In this document: piece after piece, positions 60,668-64,000 of the stretch | How the letters are laid out: each line of letters opens with the position of its first letter | How positions within the stretch are numbered: position 1 is the first letter of the stretch | Virus record (IMG/VR): IMGVR_UViG_3300013094_000025 | Coordinates: 1 to 64,000 of that record | Length of the DNA: 64,000 nucleotides | Reading direction: 5' to 3' (one strand) | DNA from: a virus | Made by a program: the position numbers and the translations under genes | Notes under the pieces: generated by a model | Told to the model about the DNA's origin: nothing | Databases searched by the model: none | Seen by the model: the letters and a program-made list of their open reading frames with translations, nothing else

Positions 60668-60821
60668 TAAGCTGACGACCAGTATACTCTCCCTGCTTTA
60701 CTTCTCCAATAGGAGTCTGTCCAGGCTTAACGGCGTTAGCTTGAAGCCAGGCAATGAGTGCGTCAGTCTTTTCCCTAGGAACAATAAAAGTTCCGTACAT
60801 AGTATTTACAGTAATTTCCAT
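60657..60821 (-). CDS. 54 aa hypothetical protein (not in ORF track)
   Basis: MEITVNTMYGTFIVPREKTDALIAWLQANAVKPGQTPIGEVKQGEYTGRQLINE*; core-gene codon style; TTGAAA-N16-TAATAT upstream. Confidence 0.7.
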   Translation of the reverse strand: MEITVNTMYGTFIVPREKTDALIAWLQANAVKPGQTPIGEVKQGEYTGRQLINE

Positions 60822-60876
60822 ATACTATATATTATCTTATAGTTTAAGATTTTCAACTACCAGCTTAAGTATTGTA

Positions 60877-61365
60877 ATGTCAGACAACTTAGATACATTG
60901 TTAAATGAATTATCTTCATTTGAACTTCCTGTAAGTACCCCAAAACCAGAAGTACCCGCTATGGAAGTTAATGATGAAAACATTAACGATTACATTCTTA
61001 AAAGAACTACTCAATTAATTGATACAAGTATTACCGCTGTTGATGATATTAAGGATTATATTATCCAAGGTCAGAACCCCGATGAAATAGCTGCTTTATC
61101 CGAACTCATTAATGCTGCTACTAAAAGTATAGAAGCCTTAAACAGAATTAACCTCCTTAATAAGAAAGGTAAAATTGATAAAGAATTAAAAGAAATGGAT
61201 CTAAAAAATAGAAAAGAAGTAGCAGGTATGCTTCCAGGTAATAATGTTGTTAACAACAATTTAATAGTAGCGTCGAGAGAAGAGATATTTAAACAACTTC
61301 TAAATGAACCAGAACCTATAGAAATACTTGATTCTGTTGTTATAGAAGAAAAAGAAGATAAATAA
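60877..61365 (+). CDS. terminase small subunit, gp16-like
   Basis: Helical core and VNNNLIVASREEIFKQL tail typical of T4-like TerS; TAAGTA upstream; start moved to ATG 60877. Confidence 0.6.
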   Translation: MSDNLDTLLNELSSFELPVSTPKPEVPAMEVNDENINDYILKRTTQLIDTSITAVDDIKDYIIQGQNPDEIAALSELINAATKSIEALNRINLLNKKGKIDKELKEMDLKNRKEVAGMLPGNNVVNNNLIVASREEIFKQLLNEPEPIEILDSVVIEEKEDK

Positions 61366-61370
61366 TTTAT

Positions 61371-61835
61371 ATGGCGCAACAAATTACAAATGCCGGATTA
61401 ACTTTCAATTATTTACAACCTAACGATTGTATAGGAGATTCCTTAGGTTTTTTTAATGCCAATTTAACTAATTTAATAACATTAGTTAATAATTTATCAT
61501 CTAATTTATATACTGTTACTAGTAATATTTCTGCAGCAGTACCTGCTTCAACCACTGTTGCTAAAGCTTGGGGTGTATTTAACGGTACAATTGCAAGTGG
61601 TTTAATAAATGGTTATCAAGTTACAAGTGTTACAAAAACAGCTACAGGGGTATACAATGTATTATTAAGTGTTACATTACCAAATACTAATTATGCAGTC
61701 GTAGGTACAGGTTCACCAAACTGTATTTTAACAGTATCAAATCAAGGAACAAATTCATTTCAGATTAATACTGTAAATACAGCAGGTACCGCTACTAATT
61801 ACAATCCTGCTAGTTTTGTTGTTTATAGCTCTTAA
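61371..61835 (+). CDS. small structural/tail-fibre-like protein
   Basis: CIGDSLGFFNANL N-terminus; AKAWGVF..VTKTATGVY beta domain; late motif upstream. Confidence 0.55.
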   Translation: MAQQITNAGLTFNYLQPNDCIGDSLGFFNANLTNLITLVNNLSSNLYTVTSNISAAVPASTTVAKAWGVFNGTIASGLINGYQVTSVTKTATGVYNVLLSVTLPNTNYAVVGTGSPNCILTVSNQGTNSFQINTVNTAGTATNYNPASFVVYSS

Positions 61836-63481
61836 GCTTCACAGCTCTTACAATCGTTAATTGATCGAGCAAGCATCTGACTTGGATTAGCTGAACGCTG
61901 ATAGTAGAGAGCTTTAATTCCTTGTTCCCAAGCAAAGATATAAAGTTCATTAGCTTCCTTAGGCTTAGTATCAGGAGGAATCATTACATTTAATGACTGA
62001 CCTTGATCGATAAACTTCTGACGTTGAGCTGCCTGAATGATAATCTCCTTCTGAGAAATCTCACCAAACGTTTTAAAGACATCTTTTTCGTCTTGAGTTA
62101 AGAAATCTAAGTGCTGAACAGAACCTCCTTTCATAAGGATACTCTTCCAAGTTTCATCATCATGCTTACCTTTATCTTTTAGTAATTGTTTGAGATAAGG
62201 ATTACGATACGTAAACTTACCCTTAGCTAAATCCTTAACATAGTAGTTAGAGTTCTGAGGCTCGATAGAAGGACTAACTTGACCAAGAATAAACGAACTA
62301 GATGTGGTTGGAGCTACAGCTAAGGTAGTTGTATTACGACGACCATAACCTTTCAGTAAAGGTGGTTCTCCTAGCATATCAGCTAATGTTGCTGAAGCCT
62401 TATCAGCATGTTCACGAATAAACTTCCAAACTTGTGTGTTAAGAAGTTTAGCTTCCATTGATTCAAAGCCAATCATCTTTGATTGAAGTAATGAATGCCA
62501 TCCAAGAACACCAACACCAAGAGCTCGTTGATTAATGGCAAACTTCCGAGGTGCATCCATAAACTTCATACCTTCAGTCTTATCGATAAACTCAGTCATG
62601 ACTGCATCTAAGAAAAATACTAAGAACTCAACAGCGTCAGTATTCTTCCACTCTTCCCATCGTTCAAGATTCATAGAAGATAAATCACAAACAAATGACT
62701 CATCTGGTCCATTAGAGAGCATAATCTCTGAACATAGATTAGAATGATTAATCTTAAGACCTTTATCCTTATAAACTTGAGGAGCCTGATTATTAGCATT
62801 ATCAGAAAAAAAGATATAGGGATAACCTGATTCAAAACGCTTCTTAATAATTAACCCCCAAGTCTTACGCTTATCTTTATCTCCTTCAGTCATAGACTTC
62901 ATCCATTCATCTGACACACAGACTCCGATTGAAAGGTCCTGAATAGAATCTCCTTCACCTTTTATCTTTAAGAACTCTTCAATGTCAGGATGATCAATAG
63001 GAAGGTAGGCAGCAAATGAACCTCGACGAACATTGCCTTGAGAAATATAATTCGTAAGAGAATCAAATACTGTTAACTGATGATGAACCCCTGTTGCTTC
63101 ACCTCCTGAAGAGATAGGTGTACCTCTAGGACGAATAGCTCCAAAGTAACCAGATGTACCTCCACCAACTTTTGACATAACCCCTACCTCAGCAATTTTA
63201 TAGAGAATATCATCCATGTTATCAGGAACATATGAACCGAAGCAAGAAATAGGTAGACCACGTTTACGTCCGAAGTTTGACCAAATAGGAGAGCTAAGAG
63301 AATAGTACCCCTTATGCATATACTCTTCAAACTTTACTGCAAAGCCTTTAAGCTTAAGAAGCTTTTCAGCAGCCTTTGCAATATCAGTTATTCTTTGTTC
63401 GGCAGTTTCTCCTTCTAAAAGGTAACCACGTTCTAAAAATTTCCTAGAATCCTTATTAAGCCAATAGATGTGTTCTGTCAT
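61832..63481 (-). CDS. nrdA: class I ribonucleotide reductase alpha subunit, no ATP cone
   Basis: ISCF, GGGT, SNLCSEI, VCDLSS, APTTSSS, DQGQS, LYY and C-terminal CKSC motifs. Confidence 0.95.
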   Translation of the reverse strand: MTEHIYWLNKDSRKFLERGYLLEGETAEQRITDIAKAAEKLLKLKGFAVKFEEYMHKGYYSLSSPIWSNFGRKRGLPISCFGSYVPDNMDDILYKIAEVGVMSKVGGGTSGYFGAIRPRGTPISSGGEATGVHHQLTVFDSLTNYISQGNVRRGSFAAYLPIDHPDIEEFLKIKGEGDSIQDLSIGVCVSDEWMKSMTEGDKDKRKTWGLIIKKRFESGYPYIFFSDNANNQAPQVYKDKGLKINHSNLCSEIMLSNGPDESFVCDLSSMNLERWEEWKNTDAVEFLVFFLDAVMTEFIDKTEGMKFMDAPRKFAINQRALGVGVLGWHSLLQSKMIGFESMEAKLLNTQVWKFIREHADKASATLADMLGEPPLLKGYGRRNTTTLAVAPTTSSSFILGQVSPSIEPQNSNYYVKDLAKGKFTYRNPYLKQLLKDKGKHDDETWKSILMKGGSVQHLDFLTQDEKDVFKTFGEISQKEIIIQAAQRQKFIDQGQSLNVMIPPDTKPKEANELYIFAWEQGIKALYYQRSANPSQMLARSINDCKSCEA

Positions 63482-63487
63482 ATAAAA

Positions 63488-64000
63488 TTAAAATAAATCG
63501 TCTTCAGAGAATGATTGATTCTTCTTAGCGTACTCGACCGGACGAGCATAAAAAAAGTCGGTCATATTGTTACCGTGTAATTCCTCTGTAAACCACATTG
63601 TAGCTTTAAGAATTTCTTTATCAACGTCAAAAGCTTTTTTAAACCCGATACCTGCTAAAGATTCATTAATTCGATCTTTGATAAACTCTTTAAGGATAGG
63701 AGCTGATAGTCCTTCTTCCTTAATACCGTTTACCATCCAATCAACAATCTTAGCTTCAGACTCAAAGGCCATTTGAGCTTCATGAAGAATACGCTCTTCA
63801 AGCTCTGCATCAAAGAGCTCAGGATATTCATCTCTAATTGTATTAATAATCTTCGTACCAACAATACCGTGAATGTTCTCTTCGTTACGAGTGTACTTGA
63901 CCTGCTGATCGGTATCCTTAAGAACATTCTTAAAACGTGCAAACCAATTGATAACATAGAACTGACTAAAGAGAGATACGTTTTCAACAAAGAGAGTAAA
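63488..64000 (-). CDS. nrdB: ribonucleotide reductase beta subunit (3' part)
   Basis: One open frame from the window edge: FTLFVENVSLFSQF...EENIHG...DFF..RPVEY...DDLF. Confidence 0.93.
   Translation of the reverse strand, partial: FTLFVENVSLFSQFYVINWFARFKNVLKDTDQQVKYTRNEENIHGIVGTKIINTIRDEYPELFDAELEERILHEAQMAFESEAKIVDWMVNGIKEEGLSAPILKEFIKDRINESLAGIGFKKAFDVDKEILKATMWFTEELHGNNMTDFFYARPVEYAKKNQSFSEDDLF

Noticed and set aside
1621-63776. Short antisense or nested ORFs in the track (e.g. 1621, 1879, 7452, 23001, 38127, 45399, 51029, 54541, 55546, 61071, 62535)
   Set aside because: They lie wholly within well-supported genes and have no motifs or promoters; treated as shadow ORFs.
63488-64000. Apparent frameshift in nrdB (two overlapping ORFs in the track)
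   Set aside because: Reading from 64000 gives one uninterrupted NrdB frame into MAFESE; 63730..63990 is an off-frame shadow.
1-64000. Stop-codon reassignment (alternative genetic code)
   Set aside because: Core genes are full length in the standard code and end in TAA, TGA and TAG; the one break (pol) is a frame change, not an in-frame stop.

Overview
This AT-rich 64 kb window comes from a large T4-like (myovirus-type) bacteriophage. It holds the T4 replication and recombination core (gp61, UvsY, UvsW, gp55, gp47, gp46, gp43, UvsX, gp41, gp32, gp45, gp44, dUTPase, NrdA/NrdB), both terminase subunits, and a tail/baseplate block. Four accessory systems stand out. (1) A dispersed 7-deazaguanine DNA-hypermodification pathway (FolE2, QueD, QueE, QueF, a DpdA/TGT-like protein and a PurN-like formyltransferase), with two paralogous P-loop nucleotide kinases embedded in it. 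This suggests formyl-preQ1 made at the nucleotide level. (2) A late operon with two paralogous Pol-beta-fold nucleotidyltransferases, one fused to an HxGH domain, with T4 capsid-targeting/protease-like motifs. These are candidate virion-injected enzymes. (3) A heme oxygenase plus bilin reductase pair, with no photosynthesis genes in view and an apparent Gln at the PcyA Glu76 position. (4) A 14-gene glycan island splitting gp47 from gp46. The DNA polymerase needs a -1 shift to reach its clamp-binding tail. Many early genes appear leaderless (-35/N16/-10/N6/start codon). All calls come from motifs and gene order read by eye; no database search was run. No rRNA, tRNA or CRISPR array was recognised.
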